Below are positions 15,529 through 23,846 of a stretch of 27,006 nt of DNA, in pieces; position 1 is the first letter of the stretch, and each line of letters starts with the position of its first letter. The stretch covers positions 1 through 27,006 of IMG/VR virus record IMGVR_UViG_3300043416_000030. One strand, written 5' to 3'. The position numbers and the translations under genes are program-made. Under the pieces are notes generated by a model that did not search any database, had not been told where the DNA came from, and worked only from the letters and a program-made list of their open reading frames with translations. This DNA comes from a virus. Taxonomy: Duplodnaviria; Caudoviricetes.

Positions 15529-15827
15529 TTTGCCTTTGCCTTATTTCGTTCGGAAATAGACTTGGCTTTTGCCTTTGCGTCAGCCTTGGAGTTTGCACCC
15601 CATGCTTTTAACGAAAGAAGCAGTCTTGTCGGTTCACCATTCTTGTACTCAGCACCGCTATTACCAGCCATACGAGCCAAGAAACTTGCTCTACGGGGAT
15701 TATCCCCTGACTTTACTGGTGCTTTTAGATTACCACCAGTTTCCGCATTATAAGATGCTCTGCCCTTGGAGTTCAACCCCCCTTTGGCATTTTTACCTTC
15801 AGAGCGTTGCCAAGCGGGAGTTTTCAT
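15525..15827 (-). CDS. Basic hypothetical protein (DUF6321-like)
   Basis: PAWQRSEGKNAKGGLNSKGRASY...NLKAP...RRASFLARM; TGATG overlap at the start. Confidence 0.7.
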   Translation of the reverse strand: MKTPAWQRSEGKNAKGGLNSKGRASYNAETGGNLKAPVKSGDNPRRASFLARMAGNSGAEYKNGEPTRLLLSLKAWGANSKADAKAKAKSISERNKAKAK

Positions 15828-15985
15828 CACTTCACCTTTTTTGGTTTCTTTGCGGTTTTAGCAGACTCAATAAACGCTTTGGCAGTTGGCGCACCTTTGC
15901 TACCAACTTTCCGCATCCGTTCACCAGAGCCAGCCTTAATTCTTGCTTGTTTGGCATTGATATTGGCATAAAGTCCTTGTTTCAT
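15827..15985 (-). CDS. Small basic protein (52 aa; not in ORF track)
   Basis: MKQGLYANINAKQARIKAGSGERMRKVGSKGAPTAKAFIESAKTAKKPKKVK; overlaps at both ends. Confidence 0.8.
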   Translation of the reverse strand: MKQGLYANINAKQARIKAGSGERMRKVGSKGAPTAKAFIESAKTAKKPKKVK

Positions 15986-16137
15986 TTCTTATTGGCCTTT
16001 CCTGCCTCAGATAAAGCAATTGCTATGGCTTGTTTCTGAGACTTGACAACCTTGCCACCCTTGCCTGAGTGCAGATCACCTGCCTTGTACTCACGCATGA
16101 CTTTACTAATCTTGGCTTGTGCTTTAGTCTTTTTCAT
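15982..16137 (-). CDS. Small basic protein (51 aa, DUF6496-like; not in ORF track)
   Basis: MKKTKAQAKISKVMREYKAGDLHSGKGGKVVKSQKQAIAIALSEAGKANKK; ATGA overlap. Confidence 0.8.
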   Translation of the reverse strand: MKKTKAQAKISKVMREYKAGDLHSGKGGKVVKSQKQAIAIALSEAGKANKK

Positions 16138-16138
16138 A

Positions 16139-16423
16139 CTAATACAAGACCTTTGCCGTAATAGTTCCAGAGGTGTAGGCTGTACAGTTGGCTCTCAAAT
16201 ACTTTGGCGCATTGGCTATGGTGACAATGCCATCAGCAGTCAAAGCAGTTCCAATAGTTGCAAAAGTAGTCCCGTCAAGACTACCTTGAAAAGCAACAGT
16301 AGCGGTTGTTATACCTGTAACTTGCAGAAATGCGGGTTGTCCTGCGTCTGCTTGCACAGCAGTAGATGCACCAGTAGCAACTACTGCACTTAAAAGGGTT
16401 TTTGCCCCAGATAGTGAACTCAT
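16139..16423 (-). CDS. Small beta-rich virion protein (possible head decoration/spike)
   Basis: Thr/Ala-rich, with ATVAFQGSLDGTTF and KYLRAN beta pattern. Confidence 0.65.
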   Translation of the reverse strand: MSSLSGAKTLLSAVVATGASTAVQADAGQPAFLQVTGITTATVAFQGSLDGTTFATIGTALTADGIVTIANAPKYLRANCTAYTSGTITAKVLY

Positions 16424-16605
16424 TTACTTCTCCCAGATTTCTTCATCATGTTGGTAGTTGTGCGCTGACCACGCATAGGCAGACCTTTTGGCTTGCCAAC
16501 AGCAATCATAATGGTCACAGGCATACCCTTTTTCTTGCCATATTCTTTTGCTTCTTTTTCGCCTTTTTCAGAGTAGGCAAACTTCTTTTTTCCAACCATC
16601 GGCAT
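16420..16605 (-). CDS. Small Lys-rich protein (61 aa)
   Basis: MPMVGKKKFAYSEKGEKEAKEY; AAGGGG SD. Confidence 0.75.
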   Translation of the reverse strand: MPMVGKKKFAYSEKGEKEAKEYGKKKGMPVTIMIAVGKPKGLPMRGQRTTTNMMKKSGRSK

Positions 16606-16616
16606 AGGATTTCCCC

Positions 16617-16820
16617 TTATTTAAGTAATTTACCAGCAACAAATGTAATTACACCACCAGCCATAGATGCTATGGTCATGCCCATCCAAAAGCCACCTTT
16701 TGACTTGTTTGCCAACTCAAGGAGTGCCTTGACATCGGTGGCTAACTGGTGAACTTCCACTTGCAGAGCCTCAACTTGGGCTTCTATTCTGCCAAAATCT
16801 CTCGCATCAATATCACTCAT
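16617..16820 (-). CDS. Coiled coil + C-terminal TM protein (XhlA-like / holin candidate)
   Basis: FGRIEAQVEALQ...LANKSKGGFW followed by a hydrophobic helix. Confidence 0.65.
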   Translation of the reverse strand: MSDIDARDFGRIEAQVEALQVEVHQLATDVKALLELANKSKGGFWMGMTIASMAGGVITFVAGKLLK

Positions 16821-17017
16821 AACAATTGTTCCTTACGGGGTCTACCCATAGGTTTCTTCAAAGTTAGTGTCTGCCTTGTTCCATCAACCTTTTCGACCTC
16901 CACAACAGCAGAAGTATCAACCTCTGTGTATTCGGGGTGTCTACGCATCTCAACAATGTCAAAGTCGTGCCTAAACTCGACAACATTACCTGAACGGGTG
17001 CATCTGAACAAAGCCAT
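16817..17017 (-). CDS. Hypothetical protein (66 aa)
   Basis: AAGGA SD; FRCTRSGN at the N-terminus; C-terminal KPMGRPRK (AT-hook-like). Confidence 0.75.
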   Translation of the reverse strand: MALFRCTRSGNVVEFRHDFDIVEMRRHPEYTEVDTSAVVEVEKVDGTRQTLTLKKPMGRPRKEQLL

Positions 17018-17030
17018 TTAATTCCTTAAT

Positions 17031-17054
17031 GAAGAAAGGGGGAACAAGTCCCCC
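17031..17054 (-). terminator. Rho-independent terminator after the decoration gene
   Basis: GGGGGA-CTTGT-TCCCCC followed by TTTCTTC on the minus strand. Confidence 0.7.
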
Positions 17055-17059
17055 AATCT

Positions 17060-17383
17060 TTAAACCATACGAACTACAACAATTCGCATAGTGGTGGATG
17101 CCAAGTCAGCAGTTGAGCCAGACTCGTTTTGGATACGGAATTTGACAGTATCTGCGGCTGAGACATAACCTGTCACAGTCAAACCTACCAAATCAACGCC
17201 CAAAGATGCACCGATAACCATGTCACCCAAGGCAACGCCTGGGATCGTAATGTCATCAGTCTCGCCTGCGCCATCAACCAAAGAACCTGCGTTCAAGGTT
17301 GCTGTTACAGCCCATGTATCGCTAAAAATGCCACGGAATTGGTCATTTCCTCTACGACTTGTTACTGCGGATGCGGTTGCCAT
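17060..17383 (-). CDS. Putative capsid decoration/cement protein
   Basis: Immediately after the major capsid gene; ITIPGVALGD.V...GYVSAADTV.FRIQN beta pattern; AGGAG SD. Confidence 0.65.
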   Translation of the reverse strand: MATASAVTSRRGNDQFRGIFSDTWAVTATLNAGSLVDGAGETDDITIPGVALGDMVIGASLGVDLVGLTVTGYVSAADTVKFRIQNESGSTADLASTTMRIVVVRMV

Positions 17384-17403
17384 AAGATTCTCCTAATTAG
17401 GTT

Positions 17404-17434
17404 AAAAAAGTCCCCCCACCACTAGGGCGAGGGG
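17404..17434 (-). terminator. Rho-independent terminator after the major capsid gene
   Basis: CCCCTCGCC-CTAGT-GGTGGGGGG (9 bp, 2 G-U pairs) followed by ACTTTTTT. Confidence 0.75.
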
Positions 17435-17445
17435 CGCAACTGCAA

Positions 17446-18390
17446 TTAGGCAGGAACTAAGAGAGCGAACATAGATGCAGACTTAGCCGCACCGACACTT
17501 GCCGCATCACGGAGAATCTGAACGCCATAAAGGGTATCAGATGTGAACAGCGTAGCAAGATACTCTTGCTTGTACTGAACTTGTGAACGCACACCAATTT
17601 GCTCAACCAGAACCAAAGAATCTTTGTGTCCCATCAAACAAACACGGGCGGCGGCAGAACCTGATGCTGTGTCGCAATTGCTTGAGACAAACACAGGGAT
17701 ACCGTAGAGGTTACCGATCTCACCTGTGCGGATGGTATTGTTAGTACCGCCAACAAAAGCTTGTTCTGTGTAACGTGCAAGACCCATTAAGGTATTACGA
17801 CTTGATGGTGGGATGATAAAAAATCTTCCGTCCATTGGGGTGTCGTTGTCATCAAGACGTTGGATAGTGCGGCGAATAGCGGCATCAGTTAAGGCTGACT
17901 CATTGTTGCTTGCGGCAACATAAGCAGATGTACCATCACCACCAATAAACGCACCAGTTGCATAGGCGTTTGTACCAGCGCCATTATTGGTTTCACGTCC
18001 AAGGTTAATCAAGTCTGTATCGACTTGTTTAGCCAAAGAGTAACCAGCGTCTGCTGTGTAGAAGTTACGCAGACTGTTTAAAGCCTGTGCTTCTACGATG
18101 TCTTCGATCAAACGGCTATATTCATAGTGTTTGTCAATTGCCACCTGAACTTCTGATTCCGTTGCCGCAATCAAAGTTACTTGTGAGCCAGCCGCCTTTG
18201 CAGACGCTGAACCACGGGTAGGAGCAGGAACGTGAACTACATCACCCTTCTTGCCCTTGAAAGACATCTTCATAACCAAGTTTGCTAAAACGAGGTTCTT
18301 CTTGTAAGCCGCAACAATTTCGTCACTCCAAATTTCAGGAATGAACGTTGCCGCTGTCGTTACTGTCACATTATTTGTACCTAAAGGCAT
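17446..18390 (-). CDS. Major capsid protein (HK97 fold)
   Basis: FIPEIWSDE, GDVVHVP, GYSLAKQVD, LDDNDTP..GR, GEIGNLYGIPVFVS, DTLYGV; downstream of the scaffold. Confidence 0.92.
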   Translation of the reverse strand: MPLGTNNVTVTTAATFIPEIWSDEIVAAYKKNLVLANLVMKMSFKGKKGDVVHVPAPTRGSASAKAAGSQVTLIAATESEVQVAIDKHYEYSRLIEDIVEAQALNSLRNFYTADAGYSLAKQVDTDLINLGRETNNGAGTNAYATGAFIGGDGTSAYVAASNNESALTDAAIRRTIQRLDDNDTPMDGRFFIIPPSSRNTLMGLARYTEQAFVGGTNNTIRTGEIGNLYGIPVFVSSNCDTASGSAAARVCLMGHKDSLVLVEQIGVRSQVQYKQEYLATLFTSDTLYGVQILRDAASVGAAKSASMFALLVPA

Positions 18391-18418
18391 GATAAATCTC
18401 CAAAAAGCGATAAGTTAA

Positions 18419-19183
18419 TTATTTGACCCGACCTTCAGCGTAGGCTTGCATGATCTCGTCACTCAAGGCTTCGTATCTGTTCGGATCGGTCATTTTCAGC
18501 CGAATAAGGTCAGCCCTTCTATAAACCCTCTTTCCTGATTCTCCACTACCACCTACATCAACACCCGCCGCCTTCAGGTTAGTCTTGCGCTGGGCTTCAC
18601 CCGCATCGCTATTCTGTTTTGCCTTAATGCCACGTAACTGTTTATAAGTAGTAAGTAATTCGTTTGCACTATCGTAGTCAAACTCACCATCAGCCTTGGC
18701 AAACAGATTTATGCGAACAGGTGAAGATTTCACCCAATTTGCAAAGTCTGGGTCTGATGCAACCTGACCATAGTCGGGATGCTCTTGCGTTAACTTTTGC
18801 TGAATCTGCATCCTTTTGAAGTCGTGAGCCGCTTGGCGACCTGCAACTACATCTGGATGGCTATCGACAGTCTGACGAATTGCCTCTTTTGGATTCTCAA
18901 AGAAGTCTACTTCTGGTGCTTCCTCTTTAATAGGTTGTTTGCTAGAACTGAGGTTCTGCTTTATGAGTTCATCTGCTAGTTTACGAATCTCGCCTACTTC
19001 CTTACCTTGACGATCAATTAACTTGTTAGCCTCTTGATGCATCTTGATAACATCTTCTAGACTTTTATCCCGATAGAAATTGGGAACGTCTGAAAGTTGT
19101 TCTGGTTCAGGTAGTTTTGCTTGCTGTTGTTCTTCAACTACTTCTAACTCACTTGGCAACTCATCTTCATTATCAATCAACAT
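18419..19183 (-). CDS. Capsid scaffolding protein
   Basis: Acidic N-terminus, coiled coil (QGKEVGEIRK), C-terminal EIMQAYAEGRVK; directly upstream of the major capsid gene. Confidence 0.85.
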   Translation of the reverse strand: MLIDNEDELPSELEVVEEQQQAKLPEPEQLSDVPNFYRDKSLEDVIKMHQEANKLIDRQGKEVGEIRKLADELIKQNLSSSKQPIKEEAPEVDFFENPKEAIRQTVDSHPDVVAGRQAAHDFKRMQIQQKLTQEHPDYGQVASDPDFANWVKSSPVRINLFAKADGEFDYDSANELLTTYKQLRGIKAKQNSDAGEAQRKTNLKAAGVDVGGSGESGKRVYRRADLIRLKMTDPNRYEALSDEIMQAYAEGRVK

Positions 19184-19236
19184 ATTTTTCCTTTTCCTGC
19201 GTGTTTATCGTTCTCAGGACATTTAACTTGCACTTT

Positions 19237-19464
19237 TTACAAGTTGTTGCTTTGCTCCCACTTCAGTCTGTCAAGGTGTTTCTTCTCGAACTTCCCATGC
19301 TCTGATGGGAAAGAACCAGACCACCCTTCCAATTTGAAGTTAGGTGCGCTTATGAGTCGGTTGGCTGTTGCTCCGCACTCACATAAGAAATCCCGTGTCT
19401 CATAATCACAGAATCTCTCAGTTTTATGCCCGTTTTCACAGGCAAAATCAAATAGTCTTTTCAT
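19237..19464 (-). CDS. Zinc-ribbon protein (FmdB-like)
   Basis: FDFACENGH..E....CECG..A.RLISAP. Confidence 0.75.
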   Translation of the reverse strand: MKRLFDFACENGHKTERFCDYETRDFLCECGATANRLISAPNFKLEGWSGSFPSEHGKFEKKHLDRLKWEQSNNL

Positions 19465-19687
19465 TTAATTCCTCAAATGCTCTCTCGCTGACCTCTTTCA
19501 AGGTTCTCAGCCATGTGAGTATTGACAATTCGCCCTTCTTGAATTGCAAGGACTTTTCGTCAGGGATTGTACTGATATTGTTCAACGATTCAATCATTGT
19601 GTCAATATCTTCCATTAAGTCTTTCCATCCCGCTGTTGCCATAGTGTTAAAACGGGCTTCATAGTACTTTTGAAGTTCAGGTGTCAT
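19448..19687 (-). CDS. Small helical head-module protein (start ATG 19687)
   Basis: MTPELQKYYEARF...GWKDLMED...FKKGELSILTW; a type of gene usually found between portal and scaffold in podoviruses. Confidence 0.75.
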   Translation of the reverse strand: MTPELQKYYEARFNTMATAGWKDLMEDIDTMIESLNNISTIPDEKSLQFKKGELSILTWLRTLKEVSERAFEELNEKTI

Positions 19688-19689
19688 GT

Positions 19690-19875
19690 TTATTCTTCTG
19701 TTTGAATAATAGGGGCAGTCCAATTAGAACCATCCCATGTCCAACCAATTCCTATTTCATCAGGTGCAGGAATACAAGTTATTCCTTCAGGTGGTTGCCA
19801 CTTATTTGTGTCACCATCCCATAAAGAAACATTATCCACCACACCATCACGAATCATTGCGTATCGTATTACCAT
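19690..19875 (-). CDS. Small fibre-associated protein (chaperone-like)
   Basis: RYAMIRDGVVDNV..WDG...IGIGWTWDGSNW.AP; directly follows the Gly-rich genes. Confidence 0.7.
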   Translation of the reverse strand: MVIRYAMIRDGVVDNVSLWDGDTNKWQPPEGITCIPAPDEIGIGWTWDGSNWTAPIIQTEE

Positions 19876-21206
19876 GAAGTTACCACTACCTTTCCTGCCG
19901 CGCCTGTTCCACCTGCACCACCAGTAAGAGTGCCGCCACCCCCACCACCACCTCCTCCGCCCGGAGTTCCACCATTACCACCAGCAGAGCCAGTTCCTGC
20001 GTTATTAGCCGCACCCCCTGCGCCTCCACCGCCAGCCGCCAAAGATGTACCTGCCGCACCATCTGCTGATGCTGTTCCTGTATTTATTGCCGCACTTGCC
20101 GCACCGCCACCACCTGTAGTAGCCGCACCTCCTGTTGAACCTCCTGCACCACCAAGTTGTGAAACGCCGGGTGTTGCCGCAGAACAAAAACCGCCTCCAC
20201 CGCCGCCGCCTGCCGAAAAATAAGATGACCCGCCAACACCAGCCGTAGAAGCGGTATTTGCCGCGCCCCCGCCTCCACCACCACCTAAATATGATGAACC
20301 TCCGGGATTAGAACCACCTGTTGAACCTCCTGCCCCCCTATGATCGTCAGATGATGATCCTGCTGTTACCGATAATGTTGCACAAAGACCCCCTACCGCA
20401 CCTGTTGTGCCGGTGGTTGATGATCCTCCAGCAGAACCACCTGCGCCTCCACCGCCACCACCGCCAAGAGTCGCAGAAACTCCTCCGCCACCGCCACCAT
20501 AAGCAACCAAGAAGTTACCAAACTGTGATGTGTTTCCCACAGAACCAGCAGTACCTACAGCAGATGTACCGCCTGTACCGCCAATCTTAGAAGCCGCAAC
20601 AGTAACATTAACAGTAGGAGTTATTTCAGCAGTCAGAAATTGCATTTGTGTATGCAATCCTCCACCACCTGCGCCGCCACCCGGTCTTATAGTTCCAGCC
20701 GCCGCACCTGTTCCTCCACCCCCCGAACCGCCGCCACCAAAACAATCAACAAGCGTGTATGTTGCTCCAGTAGGGCGAGTCCATGTTCCATTAGTTGTAA
20801 AAACTTGAATATCAGATACAGCAGTAGGCGCAACAAGAATATTTCCAGCAGAGTCTATGATTGACCAACCCCTTGTATCTGTGAATTGCAATGTACTGTT
20901 AGGTGCAAGTGCCATTGATGCTACATAGTTGTATAAAGTTGTGTTGTCATTCAAACGAATGGTGACGCTTACAAAGTCTGTGTCTTTATTGGCAATAGTA
21001 ATAAGATTAACTTTTCTTTGTGCTGATGATGCTGGCGCAGAAAGAATGTCAACAGCAGTTGTGCTGTTTGTTGTGGAAAGTTGAAGGGCAGGTGTTGTCG
21101 TTGTTGATGTGAAATCCACATAATCAACAGTTACGGGTAATTGATTTGCGTTGACGGTTGCGCCAAGCAATATTTGAAGTTTTCGAGTTGTTGTGTCAAG
21201 TATCAT
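19869..21206 (-). CDS. Glycine-rich (polyglycine II) adhesin-like virion protein, paralog C
   Basis: About 130 aa N-domain, then FTTNGTWTRP...GGGG repeats...GAAGKVVVTSW. Confidence 0.8.
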   Translation of the reverse strand: MILDTTTRKLQILLGATVNANQLPVTVDYVDFTSTTTTPALQLSTTNSTTAVDILSAPASSAQRKVNLITIANKDTDFVSVTIRLNDNTTLYNYVASMALAPNSTLQFTDTRGWSIIDSAGNILVAPTAVSDIQVFTTNGTWTRPTGATYTLVDCFGGGGSGGGGTGAAAGTIRPGGGAGGGGLHTQMQFLTAEITPTVNVTVAASKIGGTGGTSAVGTAGSVGNTSQFGNFLVAYGGGGGGVSATLGGGGGGGAGGSAGGSSTTGTTGAVGGLCATLSVTAGSSSDDHRGAGGSTGGSNPGGSSYLGGGGGGGAANTASTAGVGGSSYFSAGGGGGGGFCSAATPGVSQLGGAGGSTGGAATTGGGGAASAAINTGTASADGAAGTSLAAGGGGAGGAANNAGTGSAGGNGGTPGGGGGGGGGGTLTGGAGGTGAAGKVVVTSW

Positions 21207-21210
21207 ATTT

Positions 21211-22539
21211 TTACCAACAGTAGACTACTACACGACCAGCCGTACCATTTCCACCAGCACCGCCTGCTGTTGAACCAGCACCACCTCCACCACCACCACC
21301 TCCGGGAAATCCTCCTGCGCCCCCTGCACCGCCTGTTCCTGAGCCATGACCGCCACCGCCACCACCGCCTGTACCACAAGCAATGGATGAACCTGTTGCG
21401 CCAGCAGTACCTGCACCACCACTTGTTGCTCCACCAGCACCGCCACCACCATCAGTAGTTGCAGAACCACCAGTAGAGCCACCTGCACTACCTGCTGATG
21501 CAACACTACTAACGTTTACACCGCCTCCTGAACCGCCGCCACCAGCAGAATAATATGAACTACCGCCAGTAAGTCCTGTTGTGCCATTTGCACCGCCACC
21601 ACCACCCCCGCCACCTAAATAACTTGAATTCCCACTACTGTTGCCAGTACCGCCTGCTCCGCCTCTATTTGTAGCATATAAAGTTCCGGAAGCACTAGCA
21701 AGAAATGCAGAACCACCTAATCCACCCGTTCCACTATTTGACGCAGATGAGCCAATAGATGTTCCACCTCCGCCGCCACCGCCACCGCCACCTGCTGGTG
21801 TTGATAATCCATTAGAGCCGCCGCCGCCAGCATATCCATTTAAATAAGCGCCAAAGGATGAATTGTTTCCCGATGTTCCAGAAGACCCAATGCCAGAAGT
21901 TCCCCCTGCTCCGCCTGTTGCAGTACCGCCAACTGTTACAGATACAGTCCCTGATAAATCAGTTATTTGATAAATAGAAGTCAACCTATTACCACCACCG
22001 CCAGCGCCGCCAGAAGGTCGTGTACCAGTGACGGCTTGATAACCACCGCCTCCACCGCCACCACCACCAGTTACTTCAACATAAGCAAGACTGCAATTAG
22101 CGGGTTTACTCCATGTATCGTTAGCCGTGTAAATTCTTACATCTGAGTACGCAGAACCCTGAGCAGACAAAATCTGACCCGATGCATTGATTACAAACCA
22201 ACCCCGTGTATCTGTAAATTGCAAGGTAGAACCAACAGCAAGAACCATTGATTGAGCAACTGCATATTTAACTGTGTTGTCGTTAATCTGAATAGTTACT
22301 GTTATTGGCGAAGTATCTTTGTTGGCAACAGTAATGCCATTAATTTTGTATTGCGTACTAGAAGCAGGAGCAGAAAGAATCGTAACAACAGTTGTAGAGT
22401 TTGTTGTGCTTAATTGAACTGCTGGTGTCGTAGTTGTTGCATCAAAAGCAATATAGTCAACAGTTACGGGTGATTGATTAGCCGCCACCGCAGAGCCAAG
22501 TACGATTTCAAGTGTTTGAGTTGTTGTGTTAAGTATCAT
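21211..22539 (-). CDS. Glycine-rich adhesin-like virion protein, paralog B (start ATG 22539)
   Basis: TAATG overlap; MILNTTTQTLEI N-domain; YTANDTWSKP...GTAGRVVVYCW. Confidence 0.8.
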   Translation of the reverse strand: MILNTTTQTLEIVLGSAVAANQSPVTVDYIAFDATTTTPAVQLSTTNSTTVVTILSAPASSTQYKINGITVANKDTSPITVTIQINDNTVKYAVAQSMVLAVGSTLQFTDTRGWFVINASGQILSAQGSAYSDVRIYTANDTWSKPANCSLAYVEVTGGGGGGGGGYQAVTGTRPSGGAGGGGNRLTSIYQITDLSGTVSVTVGGTATGGAGGTSGIGSSGTSGNNSSFGAYLNGYAGGGGSNGLSTPAGGGGGGGGGGTSIGSSASNSGTGGLGGSAFLASASGTLYATNRGGAGGTGNSSGNSSYLGGGGGGGGANGTTGLTGGSSYYSAGGGGSGGGVNVSSVASAGSAGGSTGGSATTDGGGGAGGATSGGAGTAGATGSSIACGTGGGGGGGHGSGTGGAGGAGGFPGGGGGGGGAGSTAGGAGGNGTAGRVVVYCW

Positions 22540-23846
22540 TACCAACCCCACACTCTGACTTGACCTGCCGCACCTTTACCACCTGCTCCGCCTACCGTAG
22601 TTCCTGCGCCTCCACCTGCGCCACCACCGCAAGGAAATCCTCCATCACCTCCAATACCGCCTGTTGTTGTAGCACTAGAGCCGCCGCTACCTCCGCCACC
22701 ACCAGCCCAACCAGCAATTATTAAACCTTGAAAGCCTTGTCCGCCAGCAATAGCATTTGCTGTACCACCGCCAGCCGAAACTGTGCCTAATGCTCCGTTA
22801 AGACCGCCTGAAGCACCTGTTGATGTTGCATTAGCGGCTGTTAATCCAGCACCCGCCGCTCCACCGCCACCACTGAACCATGAGCCATAAGATTGCGTAC
22901 TAGATGCTCCTGTTGAGCCGTTTGAAGCGCCCGATGACCCACCTAAAAATGAAGGGTTACCGTTAGCCGCATTACTAGAGCCAGCGCCTCTTGAATCTGC
23001 AAAAGCATTATTAGTTACAGATGCAGCAAAAGCACTTCCGCCAGTAACAGCACTTTGCGCCGTCGCAGAAGAACCAACAGAAGTTCCTCCGCCGCCACCT
23101 CCACCTGATGCCCCTGCGGTTTGCCCGCCCGCACCTCCACCACCAGCATACGAAATTAAATAACTAGCAAAAGATGAGTTGTTGCCTACAGAGCCATTAC
23201 TACCTGAACCAGAAGAACCCCCGGTAGCGGCAGATGTTTGCGCGGCAACAGTAACGGCAACAGTAGATGGTAAATCCTTAGCAAGAAATAATTGACGTTT
23301 TCTTATTCCACCTCCGCCACCTGCTCCACCAATCCGAATAGCGCCAGCAGAACCGCCTTGACCTCCGCCTCCGCCTCCGCCCCCACCTGATACTTCAACA
23401 AGGAAGAATTTGCAATTACCCGGTTTATACCAAGTGCCGTTGGCATTAAAGTCTTGCACCCAACCACTACGCAACTCAGCAATACCACCTGATGTCCCAA
23501 TAATTCCCCAACCATTTTGGTCGGTGTATTGAAGTGTTTGCCCTCTGGGAACAGAGATAGATTTGATTGTTTCGTACTTTGTGCCTGATACATTGAACTG
23601 AACAGTTACCACAATCGTAGTGGTGTCAGCGTTGTATATCGTGATGTTGTTGACTTTACGCTGTGTACTTGCGGCTGGTGCAGAAAGAATTGTTACAACA
23701 GTCGTTGAATTTGTGGTTGTTGGCGATAAAGCAGGTACTGTTGTGGTTGAGGTAAATTCAACATAGTCAACAGTAACGGGTGATTGATTAGTAGCAACTG
23801 CGCCACCAAGCAAGATTTCAAGCGTTTGAGTTGAATCAATAATCAT
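22539..23846 (-). CDS. Glycine-rich adhesin-like virion protein, paralog A
   Basis: MIIDSTQTLEI N-domain; FNANGTWYKP...GAAGQVRVWGW. Confidence 0.8.
   Translation of the reverse strand: MIIDSTQTLEILLGGAVATNQSPVTVDYVEFTSTTTVPALSPTTTNSTTVVTILSAPAASTQRKVNNITIYNADTTTIVVTVQFNVSGTKYETIKSISVPRGQTLQYTDQNGWGIIGTSGGIAELRSGWVQDFNANGTWYKPGNCKFFLVEVSGGGGGGGGGQGGSAGAIRIGGAGGGGGIRKRQLFLAKDLPSTVAVTVAAQTSAATGGSSGSGSNGSVGNNSSFASYLISYAGGGGAGGQTAGASGGGGGGGTSVGSSATAQSAVTGGSAFAASVTNNAFADSRGAGSSNAANGNPSFLGGSSGASNGSTGASSTQSYGSWFSGGGGAAGAGLTAANATSTGASGGLNGALGTVSAGGGTANAIAGGQGFQGLIIAGWAGGGGGSGGSSATTTGGIGGDGGFPCGGGAGGGAGTTVGGAGGKGAAGQVRVWGW

Noticed and set aside
15569-16752. Long plus-strand ORFs (15569-16039, 16043-16393, 16402-16752)
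   Set aside because: They lie antisense to a contiguous chain of coupled minus-strand genes and have no recognisable motifs.
17384-17460. T7 10A/10B-type frameshift or readthrough extension of the major capsid protein
   Set aside because: No evident slippery site at the end of the gene; the stop is followed by a terminator, and the next gene has its own AGGAG.
19930-21847. Plus-strand poly-Pro ORFs (19930-20223, 20530-20808, 21641-21847) and His-rich ORFs
   Set aside because: They are antisense shadows of the Gly-rich codons (GGN read as NCC/CCN) in the real minus-strand genes.
19869-23846. Diversity-generating retroelement or invertible shufflon acting on the paralogs
   Set aside because: No reverse transcriptase, TR/VR pair with adenine-specific differences, invertase or inverted crossover sites is visible in the window.
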